A stretch of DNA of 64,000 nt, taken from the NCBI RefSeq assembly GCF_964204645.1, contig NC_134033.1, forward strand, positions 8,812,655 through 8,876,654, given 5' to 3'. The position numbers and the translations under genes were made by a program. Shown one piece after another: positions 11,877 to 25,148 of the stretch; the stretch's first letter is position 1; every line of letters starts with the position of its first letter. Origin of the DNA: Tubulanus polymorphus. Taxonomy: Eukaryota > Animalia > Nemertea. The notes beneath the pieces were generated by a model. The model had not been told where the DNA came from and ran no database searches. It saw only the letters and a list, made by a program, of their open reading frames with translations.

Positions 11877-14800
11877 TAGGGTTTTCTGTTTCTTCACAAA
11901 AAAAACCCTTATTGAAATTCTGGTAATTATTGTTTTTGTCCCCTTTTTCACACAGTTTTTGTTAAAAGGGCATAGGCTTTCTTAGTTTACCGCTGTTGCC
12001 GATACAATCCATATGATATCCTTCAGCTCACTTCAGTTTCCAGACACTTCATCTGGATTTTTATGAATCAACTTAATAAAACTACTGCCGAGCCTTAAAT
12101 ATCGTCAATTTGGTCCCGTTCAATTAGTTGCCATGTTGTTGCCATTTGTTGCCATGTGTTGTCTTGCGACATTTCTTTCTTCTTTTTGAAGAAGAGCTAT
12201 TCCTTTTCTCCTGCACAATCAATTCAAAGTCAATTTCATGAATTTATTGCTCACCGACGCTAATGGGTCCGAGTCCAAGAGTTTAAGAGTCCGGCATTCG
12301 CGAGTCCGACAGGTTTACTTCTTATACCGCTTAATTTTAGTATATTGCTGATCTGTTCATGTAACTAAAGGCGTCAAAAAATAGTAGCTGTTGGCTACTA
12401 GAAATACGTTCGACTACATTCTGACAATTCAGCTTCAGAAAGAAAAGAAACGACAGAGAAGTATCGATAGCCTACTATGGACCACACAGAGGCCTGTGCC
12501 GGTTAGTGCGCTCTGGAACTAAAATATACTGGTTGGTAAATTGGTTTGGTTGTGAAGTGTAGAAACTAAGAAAGCCTACTGGTATTTAAACGTCTATAGG
12601 CCTATTATAGTAGCCAATACCATTTTGAGTACGAAGTTGTTACCTGTACCAGACTTTACGGTGATCTCCACGGGTTAGCCGGACGTGAGTTCCCTACAAA
12701 CGCTGTTCGTGAGTTCCTATAATCTACGTACGCACATGTGTGAAAGAATGGGGTTTGGGCTTAGGTGAGGCTATATATGTAAATTAACTTTCATCAACCC
12801 TGCAGTTACGTTCTGTTGCTCGGTGAGAAAATCACTGGACTACTGCTGGCGTCTGTCCGTCCGTCCGCCCGCATCAGCTTGTGAACGCGATTCTAGACAA
12901 ACTGTTGATTGCAGGACTATGATATTACACAGTATGATTACCCCTAGGGAGAGGATGTGCCCTATTGGTTTTGGGGTCCAAGAATCAAAGGTCAAGGTCA
13001 CTACAGGTCATTCATGTGAAACCTTGTGAAAGCGATTCAAGAAGAACCGTTGATCGCATGACTATGATATTACGTATTATGATTACCCCTAAGGAGAGGA
13101 TGTGCCCTATCGATTTTGGGGGCCAAGGATCAAAGTTCAAGGTCACTTCAGGTCCTTCATTTGAAGCCGTGTAAACACAATTCAAGAAGAACCATTGATA
13201 ACAGAACAATGCTATATCATAGTATGATTACCCCTGGGGAGAGGATGTGCCTTAGTGATTTTGGAGTTCTAGGGCCAAAGGTCCAGGTTAGTAGGTCTTA
13301 TCCGTAAAACCCTGTAAACTCAAATCTTCAATAACCATTGATAGCCGGACAATGATATTTCATAGTATGGTTATCCTGGATACACTATCATTTTTCAAAA
13401 TTAAAGATCAGTGTCTTCAGGGGTCATTCCCTACTGGCTATTTCGGGGGACGTAGATACATAGTATCAAATTGCCTTGTTTTCGTTTGGTTTCGAATCCC
13501 AATATTGCAAGTCCGACCGTCAACCTACATACAGCTCACCTGTGGAAATCACCGTACAGTCACGTACGGGTAACAACAGCGTTTTAAGTATTAAGTCCGT
13601 ACGACACGCATATGTAATACAAACATAACTTTTTCCCGCTCATCGGCCCTACAATGACGTTACTATACTGGTGCCATTATCACATTGATAGGATTTGGGC
13701 AGGACTAGCCTAAAGTCCAATTCAGTCTATGCACTATTCACTCAATATTATTAAGACAAAACAGTGAAGTATTCACACGCAGAAAGGCTAATTGATTTGA
13801 GCCATGCAATTCAATTTTACTCAGGCCTTTTCAGAGCTGCTGACATTAATAGTTAAACCTAGATCCAAAACATTCATGTGGTCACGGCTTGTATACCAAA
13901 AATCATTATAGGCCTGTACAATTTGCTGTACATAGTTTGGTATACTGATTTCTCCAATCTTGACTCATAAGTGTACGGTACAGCTGTACGTATTATACCA
14001 ATGGGAATAGGGCCTATTGATTATTCCTGCTTTAGAATATTGAAATGAGCCTAACGTTCATTCGCATATCCAACATCGGATCCAACACTTGAATGTACTG
14101 TATACAATATAGGTTTTCATGTTCTATGAATATTTTGCAGTTCAAATGGGCATATGCTGATTCCAATGTGAAACACATGAAGTTAAATGGTCAAGGGCAG
14201 TCAACACCAAGGTAACTCTCTTCAACCGATGTTCGGATGTTACATCATACCATAAAAGACCTGATTCTTTCAACTCGAGCAAAGTGATTCAACATGATCG
14301 ACATAACACTGGAATAGGTTTGCGGTGACTAAGAGTTATTTTCAATTAGGCCTATGTACTTATAAGTCAATTTGGATTTGATTGTAATTGAAACTCTGTA
14401 ACTGTTATCGAGAAACAAGTAAGACAAGTGGAAAGAACTACTTTTATGAATTCAGTATCTGAATCCATACAAGCTATCGGCCCGAAACCCACACAAAATT
14501 GATTCATAATGTTATTGATTGAATCTACACTACAATAAATGTATTTATTCAAATATTTCAATAAAAAGATTAATTCCTTAAATCTATTCCAAATCCTAAT
14601 ATGTTGTTATCTGTTAATTTACTCAACCTATCGACTCAGCAGATTAAGATGAGTTAGCACAGATCCATTTTTTAAGTGTGGTGATAATACAGTATCATAA
14701 TGTTTGAATGCCAAAATAAATGCCTGGTTGAATCAATTCATATTTGTTGATTGTACGTCCGTGTAATTTCGATTTCCAAGCTGAATCACATGGGACGTTT

Positions 14801-14932
14801 ACACAGTGGCTGCATATTAGTTTCGAATCTGTTAATACATTTTATTCTATGTATCGATTTGTAAATTTTCTACAATTCCCATCATCCTGAATGGCTCTGC
14901 AGAAAACCCGTTGTGGCTGCTTTGCAGCTATA
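11877..14932 (+). mobile_element. HINE-like family F5-related element
   Basis: 5' agggtttt...aaaaccct; 3' gcagaaaaccc plus gctgctttgcagc hairpin. The interior is a mosaic. Confidence 0.45.
12790..13480 (+). mobile_element. HINE family F6 with ~145-bp internal tandem repeats
   Basis: (GTCC)n at about 12851-12868, then units starting near 12879, 13023, 13168 and 13311 containing aggtcaaggtcac; 3' hairpin gatacatagtatc. Confidence 0.75.
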
Positions 14933-15106
14933 TTTTTCATTGAAATCAAAAATATTCTGATAAATAAAAAACCCTTGCTCCACTATGTATGTATAAGTAA
15001 AAGGCCAGTTTTGAATTTGTTGATTGAATTTTGACTAAGTTTTTGTTACTGAACTAACCTAGAAAGAGCATCTCTTTAAGTGTTTTTGAATTTTATTTTT
15101 ACGCAG

Positions 15107-15220
15107 AAACCTGGGACTGCATCGCAACTGTATTTTTTATAGACACAGCTCACAATATCATCGAATACATCGAAACGATTATGAGAATACTTAAGCCTGG
15201 AGGAATCTGGATCAATCTCG
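15107..15220 (+). CDS. CARNMT1: CARNMT1 internal coding exon
   Basis: Pyrimidine tract plus acgcAG acceptor, GT donor at 15221. Phase-compatible with the previous exon: (E)[37 protein letters not shown]. Confidence 0.96.
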
Positions 15221-16179
15221 GTAAAAAACAATTATTCAAATCTTGTATGTGTAATCCTATGTTATTTCATATCTATAATTCCCATAAGTATTGTTCATTC
15301 TTTGAATATTCTAGACCTTCAAAAACATATTTACTCCAAATTGAATTTTTCAACCCTGGTTGGTCTGAGTGACACTATTATATACACAGCGTGTGTTGTG
15401 TACCATGCCTCATTAGCGTTCTTTGTAGTTTAAAATTTAAAATATGTGCAATTTGGTAGGTCAAATGGGAAAACGTTTAGATATGATTTTTGTAGCATGG
15501 AACCTAATTGTTGTTGATTTGGCCACTGAATTAAAATGTCTGTCGCGCATGCTCTTTGTGCCGATAATAATCCCTTTTTAGTCCATTTGGAACTTTAGTC
15601 CCAGCACGCTATTGCGTCCGTCCGTCCGTCCGTCATAGCGTCCGTCTGTAGACGGAATCCAATTATTTTTGGAAGTTTTGAAGACGCTTCAAGGTAATGT
15701 CTTGATATTTGGTTTATACATGTATCTACCGTAGACACATCTTCCGTCCAAAAACTGGCCCTGCCAGATTCAAGATGGCTGACTGGCAGCCATTTTTGTT
15801 CGTCAAAATCAGCACGTTTTATACATTTTTTGTCAATGGTCTGGCTAATCATAATCATTCTTATGCTTTATACACTACGCTCAAAGCTATTTTTAGCACA
15901 CTCAATTTCAGTTGCCTGTAATTTCACTACTAATGGGTGAATTGAACAGATTAAGCAAAAATATATTTTGTAATTTGTTTTTCTTATGATGCGCAAAGTT
16001 GAAAGCTGTGGCTTTCATATTTTTTGAGAAATTAACCAAAAAGTGTCAAAAATTCGATTTATTTGAGCACGTTTTTTATGCAGCATCTTTATCTGTCCAA
16101 AATTACACATGAGAAAATGCAATGCTATTTACGTTGGAAGAACTTTATCTCGTCAAGATTCGATGCTTTGTTCGGTAGT

Positions 16180-17730
16180 TTCGGCGAAGCCCGAGATGTT
16201 GTAATGGGTCCAAAAATCGAATTTTTGCTAACAAATGAGGTTATAACTATGACACGAATTCATGCAATCTACTATGTTTATGTGCAAAATGTAGCTTCAT
16301 CATGCGGCTAAAATCTGTTGGAAATTGAATTTTTGACGATATCGATTTGAGATATCGACGAATTTGTGGCGATTTTTAAAGAAATTTCAAGGAGCATTTT
16401 GTTTCATCAAACGGCTAGTAGGCCGATGTACAACGTTACATTGAAGTAAAATAACTGCTCCCTGCGGTTGGCTGAGCTCCTGCTGTCAATCAATGTAAGG
16501 GCATATTCGATTGACGCAGAAAAACTGGTCTTTTAATCTTCTCATCTATTAATCTGCTCGGTTCTAGTTTCTCATTTCCCAGTCATGGGAGAGTCTTATA
16601 TGTTCATTTTTAATTTGATAGCCGTAGTATCGATTCCGTCTCCCCATATCTATTTCATTATGCAAATAACCAAAGATTCAATCGATATGCTACTTCACGG
16701 AAGATTATGCGCGCGCACAGTCGAATAGGCCCAAACCTCGTGTATACGGGATATCGACAAATTCAAGTTCTTGAATTACTCGTTTGATGGCGCTAGTCAG
16801 AACTGGAAATTGGAACCTAAATCCGCCATGCTCTAGTTCATTTGCAATGAAAATCTCTCGCTTCAAGTTTTCAATGAGCGATATTTTACTTATCATTTAT
16901 CGTCACGCATAATCCTTGAAATATGTTATCCTACCGCTACGTTGGATATGATAAACCCTCACTGCAAAGGCTAGAAATCACTATAAATGTCCTAAAATTA
17001 TCAAAAAACATTTTGCAATGGCTGACGATGTAAAGACTGGTTGCCTGGTGGCAGCACTTGACGGCCCAATTAAGATTGTTGGTTCGAGTCCTGGTATTTT
17101 TCATATTTTTATTATGAATCTACAAGTTTAGTCCTTCTAAAATCAATTTTATTTCATAAGATTATTTCATATTTATCAGTGTTGCCTGCAATATATTTAC
17201 CTTAGAGTCTTGAACTCAACAACAAAGTGATGACACCTTGCACCAGTCATTACTTCCATTATCTGCTTCGAGCGTCATCGCTAAATTAGTTATTTTTGGT
17301 AGTTTTTTGACATTTCTAGTAATCTTTAGCGTTTGAAGTGAGGTTTTATCGAATTCAACACATTGTCAGGATATCATACTCAATGGATTATGCGTGCCGG
17401 TGTATAGTAAGTAAAATATCGCTACCTAAAAACTTGAAGCAAGAGATTTTTATTGCAAATGAACTAGAACATGGCGGATTTAGGTTCCAATTTCCGGTTC
17501 TGACTAGCGCCATCAAACGAGTAATTCAAGAACTTGAATTTGTCGATATCCCGTATTGCCGCGATGATTGCTGATTAGATGCCATGATGTTGTTCACCGA
17601 AATCAGCCGATTTTACACATCCATGAAGTGTTCAAGGAAAACCTTACAGATGCATCAATCAGGTGGCGCCTAGACATTTCAAAGATAACATTCTGTGCCC
17701 GAGATATTAAGATCCGTGGATCACTTGTAT
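16180..17730 (+). mobile_element. HINE-like family F9 nested in F2
   Basis: gcccgagat at 16189-16197 and 17697-17705, the latter followed by the hairpin gatccgtggatc. Absent from the other F2 copies. Confidence 0.55.
16747..17553. mobile_element. Long-TIR (~250 bp) foldback MITE flanked by TA
   Basis: 16747-about 16995 is the reverse complement of about 17305-17553. This explains the twin pseudo-ORFs 16705-16896(-) and 17338-17574(+). Confidence 0.85.
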
Positions 17731-19843
17731 ACAATTTGTGTTGACCCGGTTTGACTTCCATCATGACGTCATAGCATTAGTTGAATATGCAAATGAGGTG
17801 GATCAGCAGTTGCACGTTATTTCGCAAAAAAAATGGTGGCACAATTGAAGAGGTTGATATTCATCATTTCTAGCGCGAATACTGATACTCAAGGCGTATG
17901 ATATAATGATTTATTGTGCGATGTGTTAAATGATTCATCCAGTTCTGAAATCCCGTGCACAAGGTAACGTTGCATCAAGATATCTGACGAAATTCTGGTT
18001 TCAAATTGCAGAAATTTACTTCCGTGTTCGCCCCACGCACGGCTGATTCACTGATGATACTGATCAGCTAATAGCATCGAATATTTTAAGATGAGTCATA
18101 TATTTATGCGACTGGAATAATTGTTTTACCATCATTAATTGTAGTCATTGTAGTCATTTTATTGACGTTCGCATTAACGATCCTTTTTGGAGCCTGATTA
18201 TTTGTATTAGTTTGTAAATCACGGCACAGTGATGAGCGTTTGCGTTGAAAACAGTCGCGTAACGACGATTTGTCTGAGTGAAGATGTAAGCTACTTAAAG
18301 CAATCCTATCGTGAAATCATTAAAAATCATGTCAGTCGATAAACTTTATTTCATCAGTAACTGGCACGGGCCTCAAATTTGCATACACTTGGGAGCTTCT
18401 GTCCTAATTGGGCCGTATGATCATGAAAAACCGCCCAGGCTCTCCCTTTGTACCGTTTTTTAATAAAACGTCGCTCATAGTTTTAATTGGTTTATATGTC
18501 ATTCCCTGGATGTATTAAAATTATGAAAATTTATTTGTTGAGACAAAAATTCCCATGATCAATTTTTCGAAGGTTCCATTCTCGTTTAAAAGTCAGTCAT
18601 CACTGACAAAAGTCCTTTTTGATATATTTTTTCTTATTAATTTTCAATGAAATGAATTTTTTCGGACTACATTTTTACTTCACACCAGTTTAGCGAGCCA
18701 CTAAACCATTGGTCCTTTATTCAAGTTTCACGGGAAATTTAGAAGACGCTTTGATCGATTTTCTTGATCTTTCAGATGTATTTGTACCGAGGGCCGATCA
18801 GCATGAGAAAAATTGGGTCGGTTGGACTCAAGATGGCAGTCCTGTGACCTTTTTTGTGCCCAAAAATGTCAGTTTTGGCCTGAATTCTGAGTCCTGTAGC
18901 TTCCTAATGTCTTGCCATATTCACTGAAATATGTGATGAGTATTCTATGGAAGGGGATTTTTAAGACCTGAGACAGGAAATTGTGATCAGGCAATTGGCG
19001 GTCATCTAATGGTTTGCCTTTTTTCATTGCAATTGCTGATGGGTATTCTTTGGTCAGGCAATTATGACGCAATTTGCGGCCATCTTGGTGTCATCACTAC
19101 TCATTCGTAGGTGGAAAAAAGTTTTTCCACATTGTAATGATACTTTAGCATATTTTGTCACAACAATCTATTGGAAAGTTGTAGCTCATGACGTGTTCTG
19201 TTATTGTGGTGAGTTTCAAGGTCATTGGTTTTTGTATATGGGCACCAATGGTGTTGAATAATACAATATTTTAGTATTTCTATATCATATTTGTACCTAT
19301 GCATTTACCACATTCAATTGAAAAGTTGTAGCTCATAACATGGTCTATAATTGTGGTGAGTTTCAAGGTCATTAGTTATTCTATATGGTCACCAGGGGGT
19401 GTTGAATAATAGAATAACTTAGTATTTCCTTACTATATTGTTACCTAGTCATATTTTGTTGCCATAATCGAAAGTAAAATTGTGGCTCATGACATGTTCT
19501 ATGATAATGGTGACTTTCAAGGTCATTGAGTTTTGCATATGGTCACCTGGGGGCATTGAATACTAGAATAACTTAGTGTTTCCATATTATATTGGTACCG
19601 AGGCATATTTTGTTATCATGATCAATTGCAAAACTGTAGCTGCTGATATTTTCTATGATTGTGCCGAGGTTCAAGATCATTGGTTCTTGTATATGGTCAC
19701 CAGGGGGCATTGAATATTGAATATTATTGAATATTGTTAGATTGTTTAGAATTTAAAACCACTTCCCAAGTGGGCATGGTGTCCCTGCATCCCTAGTTGT
19801 GCCCAAATTCGGGGTCCTGTAGCTTCCTACTGGTTTGCCGTTT

Positions 19844-20398
19844 TAGCATTGGTTGATGTCTATGACATCATGCCAATGCTAGTAAATGAATCGAAAAATC
19901 GTTGTAAAAAAAAGCATAGCGACTTCATAGTAACTTCAAATTTTAACTCCGTTCTCGTAAAACAGTAGACACAGCTGAAAATGACTGAAAATAGTGTTTC
20001 AATTATTCCCTACAAGATAGCGTCGCCAGATTTCTGATTTAATGGCCCAAAAAGTACACTTTACCAAACAGTACACTTTTAGTGCTGGAGATAATTTGAA
20101 GATTTTGAATAATACCGCGCTAGTGTATTTACGGGAATACCACTACAGTGCGTCTACAGCGTTGAGCAGTGTATCGATAGTTACTAATATTTCATAATGT
20201 TTGGCAGGTGCTGCCATCTTTCAATAGAGATAAAAACAAATTACTAATTACACCAATACACCGCAGTGCGGTGTACTAGCAAACTCCATATCCGAATTAT
20301 ACACTGCACTGCGGTGTAGACGCACTGAAAGGGTTAACCACTTGATACATTACCACAGTATAATCTACCAATGCTTCAAGGCCCATGGGACTCTCGTT
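19844..20398 (+). mobile_element. HINE F3 copy inside an F1 fragment (19798-20625)
   Basis: Same termini as 549-2233. The F1 sequence is continuous across it. Confidence 0.7.
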
Positions 20399-20625
20399 CA
20401 TTGAAATTTGTAGCGGCTATTTTATGGATTGGGATCTTTAATACCTGAGACAGGTATTTTCGGACAGCCAATTATCGGACAGCCAATTATCATGCAATTG
20501 GCGGCCATCTTGGTGTCATCAATAATCGTTCGTTGGTGGAAAAAAGTTTCTCGACATTATATTGATACCTACACACGTTTTGTTACTACAATCAATTGGA
20601 ATGTTCTAGCTCATAACGTGTTCTA

Positions 20626-22060
20626 TTTATTGCTTTTGGCTAGGCAGATAACGCCCGAATCGACTTATGGTAGCGGCGCCGTAACATACCACCATCTTTG
20701 CTAAGCTCTCCAGAAAACGTAATTCGGCAGCGCTCGTAAATTATTGAAATATATCGTGGTTAATCGGGCATACGATCCAGTTGATATCAGAAACAGACGC
20801 AAGACGTTTGGGCCAGTGCTCTGATAAAAAACAACGTTGTTCATCGTCCGACCCCAGCTCTTGGTCAAGGTCTTGTTGTAGGTCATGATCTAGATTAAGA
20901 TGAACCTATTCTCTGTCGCCTACCAGGCGTAGGTGCAAGGGTTCTCAGAAGAAACAGTGTCGATTAGTTCTAGATTACCAGTTGATAAACCGCCTGACTC
21001 AAGTGACATCAAAAATATGTAAGAATTCCCTTAAAGAACGGCTAAAAGGTATGGAACCCCCGGCTCCTAAACCTTCACCCGTACCGCCGGGGCTGTTGGG
21101 CAACCCACTAGATGGGGTAGTGTTTGATGATGTCAACAAATTTTCTGATGAGGAAAAATCTCGTGATCCAGAATATCCTTATCTTACAAGGGACAGGGAT
21201 CGTGCTCCCCATCACCATCAACACTGGAAGAGACAGGGAACATTCCATTCATGGATGGTCAAAGAAGTTCTTTCTAGATACGGAGGAACCAAGGCCAAAC
21301 CAAAACAAACCCAGCCTAGAGGCTCGGCTGCCAAAATCTTCAGTCAACCCGATGACACCGAAGAGTTAGTTCTGGCACCACATTCTGCATACAAAGAAGA
21401 ATGGCGTGCTACTTAGGACACGACACTGTGGGGTTGAAAGCCTGGCAGTACAAGACTTATTAACGCCACTCCAGGTGCTGAGGACCCCGGATTCAAACCA
21501 CAATGAGTTAGACTGATCGGTCAACTACAATAGGACTACCCAAAAAACCACAGCCCACCTTCACTATACCATAACGAGCAATGGGGGCGCTGCACCAATT
21601 AGCTCGAAGTATCTGTCAAATCGCTTCTTTTCCAAGATATTTCACTGGTTTCCATGGCCCAGGATAATCCAAATCCGGAGACAATGTCCGAAACTGTGGC
21701 AACTATAGAAAGAATTCTACAGTCTATGGCCAAGCCGTTGTGTCACCAAGTCCCTTTGGTTCTAAGAATCCAGGCAAAACCTAGCCTTGATCACAGATAT
21801 AGCTTGTTAACGGACTCCTAACTTCCGGAACCGGTGAAAGTGGCGCTATACAGAGCACCGTTGGGCAATTCTTCAGAGGTTTTCTCCGGATGCTGCGCAT
21901 TGGCTGAAGCGGAGGATGAGCAAATCAAACAAAAAAGCTCCAAGGGGGCTCAATACAACATTAACAATTATAACAGTTATTCTGAAAGCTTAATTGAATC
22001 TACACGCCTGGCCATTGCCAAGCGACAGCTTTCAAACCAAGGAATTTTTGGGGGCAGCCA
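20626..22060 (+). mobile_element. Decayed DIRS-like retroelement 5' region / gag-like ORF
   Basis: Relatively GC-rich with broken ORFs 20982-21416 and 21834-22100. The motif ALYRAPLGNSSEVFSG resembles the DIRS1 gag LLxAPxxxxxLFG motif. No RT or tyrosine recombinase seen. Confidence 0.45.
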
Positions 22061-22790
22061 GATATATCGTGATATACCACCAACTCCAGTACAACCCTGA
22101 AACCATCGACCAACAAATCACTCGCGCTGCTCACATACCCACAGAAAGAACACTCCAATACAACCCGCCCACGTCTGAAGAAACCGAAAGAATCCCCATC
22201 GCAGTCACCTACAGTGCGCGCCTACGCATCCAACGAATCATATCAGATCTCCAACCCATAATCGAAGAGGATGATCATCTACGCGACATACTACCACTAA
22301 GATCAGTCATCGCGTACCGCCAACCAGCAAACCTAAGAAAACTCCTCATCAGCAGCAAACTATCCACCAAAGAAGACTCAGATAGCAAATACACGCGCCC
22401 CTGCAACAAATCTAGATGTCAACTCTGGCCTCTCATCAACTCATCACCGACCGTCATCGCAGCCAACAACTCAAAGTCACTGGACCCTACACATGCGACT
22501 CCACCAACGTTGTTTATGCCATCACATGTGATATCTGCCCTGGAACCATCTACATCGGAGAAACTGGACAAACATTACGTCAAACGCTTGAACGGTCACA
22601 AATTTGATATCATACACAAGAAAATGGATAAACCTATCGGCGAACATTTCAATCTTCCGAACCACACCATCAGAAACTTGTACATAAATATACTCAATTT
22701 GTATTTGTATATTTCTCCATTGTACTTTTCAATTTTTACATTCCTCCAGAAGGTTCACCTTGGAGTAGAAACATTACCGATGCTTTAAGT
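22060..22790 (+). mobile_element. Penelope-like element 3' fragment (RT thumb, Cys linker, GIY-YIG endonuclease), frameshifted
   Basis: RIPIAVTY, AYRQPANLRKLL and PCNKSRCQL in ORF 21994-22788; YTCDSTNVVYAITCDICPGTIYIGETGQTL in ORF 22416-22607; RLNGH...IGEHFNLPNH. Confidence 0.9.
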
Positions 22791-22829
22791 CATATAGTTT
22801 CACACATATATATATGTTAAGCGAATATG

Positions 22830-25148
22830 ATCTTACAATTTTATGTGGAGATCTAGGTAGGTAACCTCCAGGATATATTGATTGATGATGGATTACCAAA
22901 AAGAGTAGTTATTGATGAGATTTAAAATTTATAGGGAAAAACGTTTTGTGAGTTTCTGAACGATGTCGATTTCTTTGTATTAAATGGGCGTTTGAACAGC
23001 GAAAATGATAATTTTACTTGTATGTCATCGAGGGGAAAATCCGTAGTAGTATATATAGCCGTTCCAAGGACAACTATATATATTGTAAAGACTTCGGTTC
23101 TTCCAAGCATTGAATTGGCGAATAGAGCTTATTCTGGAAAAAACATAGGTATAAGAAGTAAGCTCCCTGACCATTATATGCTTATGGTAAGTGTTGATAT
23201 ATCACGGTTTATTGAGTTTCTAGACTATTCAAATGACAACAATAACACAGATCCAGCAGTGTGTAGACGTTACTATTTTGACAAAATCATAGAAAACTTT
23301 ATGCAAAATGAAATTTTCACTGCGACAATAAACCAAATTAGTGAGCATCTGGAAACTTTAGAGGTTCGACAAAATGAACTGAATACAGTTTATAAACAAT
23401 TGATTAAAGTATTAACTGCGGAAATGGAAAACTCTCTTAACTTCAAAAGCGTTTCTTACAAATCATTGGGCAAATAACTGAAGCTCAGTAAACTGTATTG
23501 GTGTCATGAACTAACCGACACATGGCAGAATGCGACTAGTAAACTGAAAATATGTAAATCCTACAGAGGTGATAGAAGGGCAAAAGATAATCTTTATTTT
23601 GAATTTGTCAACGCAAGAAAGTACTTTGATAAATTGCCACGACAATAAAAGGCAATACTATAACAAACAAGTCCGTGATTTAGATTTTATTACAGCAAAA
23701 GATCCTAAGGAATTCTAGAATAAGATAAACTCACTGGGCCCTAGAAACAAAAGGTCCATTCCTGCGAGTGTAAGAATAGGGCAATGGTGTAACTAACAAT
23801 AGAGAGATTGTTGCTGACGAGTGGAAAACACAGTTTTCACGGCTCTACAAAAAACAACTGAATCAAAACAAAATTAATTAATTACGCCCCATGTTGAATG
23901 AGAAAATTACTAGAGAAAATTGCATGCTTCAAGATGAAAATACCTATTTTTCTGAATTGAACCAAAGATTTACATTAAATGAACTCTGAAAATTTACCAG
24001 ATATTTAAAAAAGAAAAAATCTCCAGGAGTTGATAATATTCCAAATGAAATCCTTATACAACCTTCACTCTGGCCATGTCTCGTAAAATTGTTCAATTAC
24101 TGTTTTTCAAATCATGTGATTCCTGAAGAATGGTCAAACTGTATTATAGCTCCAATACCAAAAAGCACATTAAAAGATCCATACATTCCTATCAACTATA
24201 GAGGTATTGCCCTTTCGTCTTGAGTTGGCAAACTTTACACTAGTGCATTAATTTGCCGGCTTTCAGCATCTTTAGAAGTGCACGATATTTTGTCTGATTG
24301 TCAAAACGGTTTTCGTAAGAATAGATCATGTCAGGACCATGTATTCACGCTGACAAGTAAGCTTATTATAAATCAAAATACAATTGAAGGGAAAGATACC
24401 TACTGCTGTTTTGTGGATTTTGAAAAATACTTCGATTTTGTAGATAGAAATTTACAACTTTTTAAGATGTTGAAGATTGGTATAGGAGGGAAAATGTTTT
24501 GGGCTATCCATGGTTTATACCAAAACACAAGATGTAATATAAAAATATCGCCAGATTTTGATAGCGGTAAGTTCAATATTGAAAGTGGAGTCAGACAAGG
24601 TGACCCAATTTCTCCAACCTTAGCGAGTTTATGTTTAAACGATCTTCTTCTTAACTTATATGCTCAGAATCAAAACTTAACTACTAATGTTTTAGCCTAC
24701 GCTGAGGACATTGTGCTGATTGTCAACTTGGAAGAGGAGTAACAAAATTTGAATGATAAAACTTCCCAGTGGTGAAGGAAATGGCTTCTCTCAATTAACA
24801 CAGGAAAAACTAACACTGTTCATTTTAGGCAAAATCGGAAGAAACTAACAAACTTTGTTTTTTACTGGAATAACCAAGAAATAAACAAGGTTGAATCTTA
24901 AAAATATTTAGTTGTATATTTAGATTCACATTTAAATTTCAAATTGCACTGTGAACGACTAGCGTCTGCTGGTGGAAAAGCTCTTGGCAGAATTATATGT
25001 AAATTTAAACTGATCAAAAACATTGGTTATAAAACTTTTACTAAATTATTTGAAACAAGTGTTGATTTAGTCATTAGTTATGGAGCTGAGATTTGGCGAT
25101 CGAAGGAGTCCGATATGGTTGAGCGCGTTCAGTATAGAGCCTGTAGAT
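22830..25148 (+). pseudogene. Decayed LINE ORF2 (APE + RT), 5' segment
   Basis: APE remnants FTCMSSRGKSVV and PDH; RT motifs NYRGIAL, QNGFRKNRSCQDH, FVDFEKYFD, GVRQGDPISP, LAYAEDIV. Many stops and frameshifts. Confidence 0.9.

Larger units (their letters stand above)
15831..18720 (+). mobile_element. HINE F2 copy with nested inserts
   Basis: Colinear with 31265-32340 and 48743-50139. Ends gcgagcc...accattggtcc. Confidence 0.8.
15579..19797 (+). mobile_element. HINE F1 copy B, interrupted by F2 at 15831-18720
   Basis: Same termini, microsatellite and 154-bp units as copy A. The F1 consensus resumes at 18721. Confidence 0.8.

Noticed and set aside
15181-15372. 63-aa ORF as a standalone gene
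   Set aside because: Only the first 13 codons are real (end of a CARNMT1 exon); the rest is intron read-through.
16705-17574. Two similar ORFs on opposite strands as duplicated genes
   Set aside because: They are the two arms of a foldback MITE; no recognisable protein.
16189-17705. 9-bp direct repeat gcccgagat as a Mutator TSD
   Set aside because: The motif is absent from the host F2 consensus and is followed by a hairpin, fitting HINE subterminal repeats instead.
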